A stretch of DNA of 61,751 nt, filler included. It is 4 parts of 4 records of this genome, joined end to end, with 100 filler letters (N's around TTAATTAATTAA, not from the genome) between each part and the next. Parts side by side here need not be neighbours in the genome. Positions count along the whole stretch, not along the records: positions 38,802 to 61,751 come from DRR378314_1324; 3 more parts are not named here. The stretch is one strand, 5' to 3'. The notes beneath the pieces are model-generated. The model was given only the letters and a program-made list of their open reading frames with translations. It had not been told where the DNA came from and ran no database searches. This document shows positions 60,894 through 61,751 of this stretch, piece after piece. A program made the position numbers and the translations under genes. How positions within the stretch are numbered: the first letter of the stretch is position 1; every line of letters starts with the position of its first letter.

Positions 60894-61751
60894 ATGATGA
60901 TTTGCGTATCTTTGAGAGTATTTGTTGTCCGTCGTTTGGGGTTGCTGCAACGCTTTGCGACGGGTCGACGGGTCGCGTGTACTCGTTTTCCGCTGAAGCA
61001 ACACGCTGGCTTGGGATTGCTACTTGACTCGCATTTGTGATTTGCGATGTTACATTGCCCTGAGCGTTTGATCCTGTATAAACCAATAATTCGAGCCTTT
61101 TCCTGGGCGCATGTACGTTTGATGTCGTCGTTTGCCCGCAGGCGTAATATTCCACTCCATCCCTCGGAGGCGCCGGCTGCTCCTTCGTTTTGTTGTTGCG
61201 ATTCCGTTTGCTGCTGCCATGCGCTTCGGCTTGTGCTTATTTGTCGTTGCTCGAGACTAATGGTCTTACAAAATGAATGCGATCAAGAAAGGAAACGGAA
61301 AAGAGAATGCCGTGCGGCGTACCAGGGCTGGTGGCACTGGGGACTTCACAGATCACAGGCGGTAGGTGTCGGCAACGAGGCATGGCGCACGAATATGGCT
61401 TGCGATTGCTCTAAAGCGAGCCTCCTGCGGCGCACAACAATATCTCCTTCTTCACGGGGCTAAAACCAGTGCAGTTGATGTGATGTCAAGCACGAGTGGA
61501 CAGGTATCTGCCTCTGTTCGTTGCCAGAAAGAGCACCGCGGAACAGCGGGCACCTGCGCAAATGCAGCACGAAAGTCGACACTCCAGCAGCTCCGGCGCT
61601 AGCTGCGTTGCGAAATGCAGCGCCACGTCGATACCTCTATAATGTTCACTCTAGTGCAGGCTTGTTTAGCACCCTCTGGTAGGCCGGAAATGCGCGCTCG
61701 TGTATGAATAAAGGCGCAGGCGCTTTCGGGCACCGTGCGGGCAGAGCACAG

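Noticed and set aside
1..61751. CRISPR arrays, rRNA genes and transposases
   Set aside because: No regularly spaced repeats, rRNA signatures or transposase/RT motifs were recognised by eye

Overview
This window is not one replicon. It is four unrelated contigs joined by artificial 100-nt linkers (N44-TTAATTAATTAA-N44 at 16606-16705, 32427-32526 and 38702-38801). Contig 1 (1-16605) is alphaproteobacterial, probably Rhodobacteraceae/Roseobacter-like. It holds the 3' end of a tRNA-Ser and then an accessory module: a beta-barrel outer-membrane protein, a DUF3179-like membrane protein, two paralogous secreted sulfatases, a small conserved ORF and a divergent TM/TPR regulator. Core genes follow (TetR, ppk2, hydrolase, metA, ATPase, FadL-like porin, DMT, orphan wbpD-like acetyltransferase, guaA). 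Contigs 2-4 are eukaryotic (probably a protist), use the standard genetic code and carry spliceosomal introns with GTACG/GTGCG donors. Contig 2 has a multi-exon MFSD1-like transporter and a membrane-anchored asparagine-synthetase-like (PP-loop) protein of phage/bacterial type. Contig 3 is a GC-rich internal part of a BLTP2/Fmp27/SABRE lipid-transfer gene. Contig 4 has prolidase, PTAR1-like, PSMB4, RPS2, a bacterial-type Thr/Ser dehydratase with an apparent GA-AG intron, an ELL-like elongation factor and prefoldin 4. Exon structures were derived by hand and family assignments come from motif recognition, not database searches. Most short ORFs in the six-frame track beyond 16.7 kb are artefacts of intron-containing DNA.
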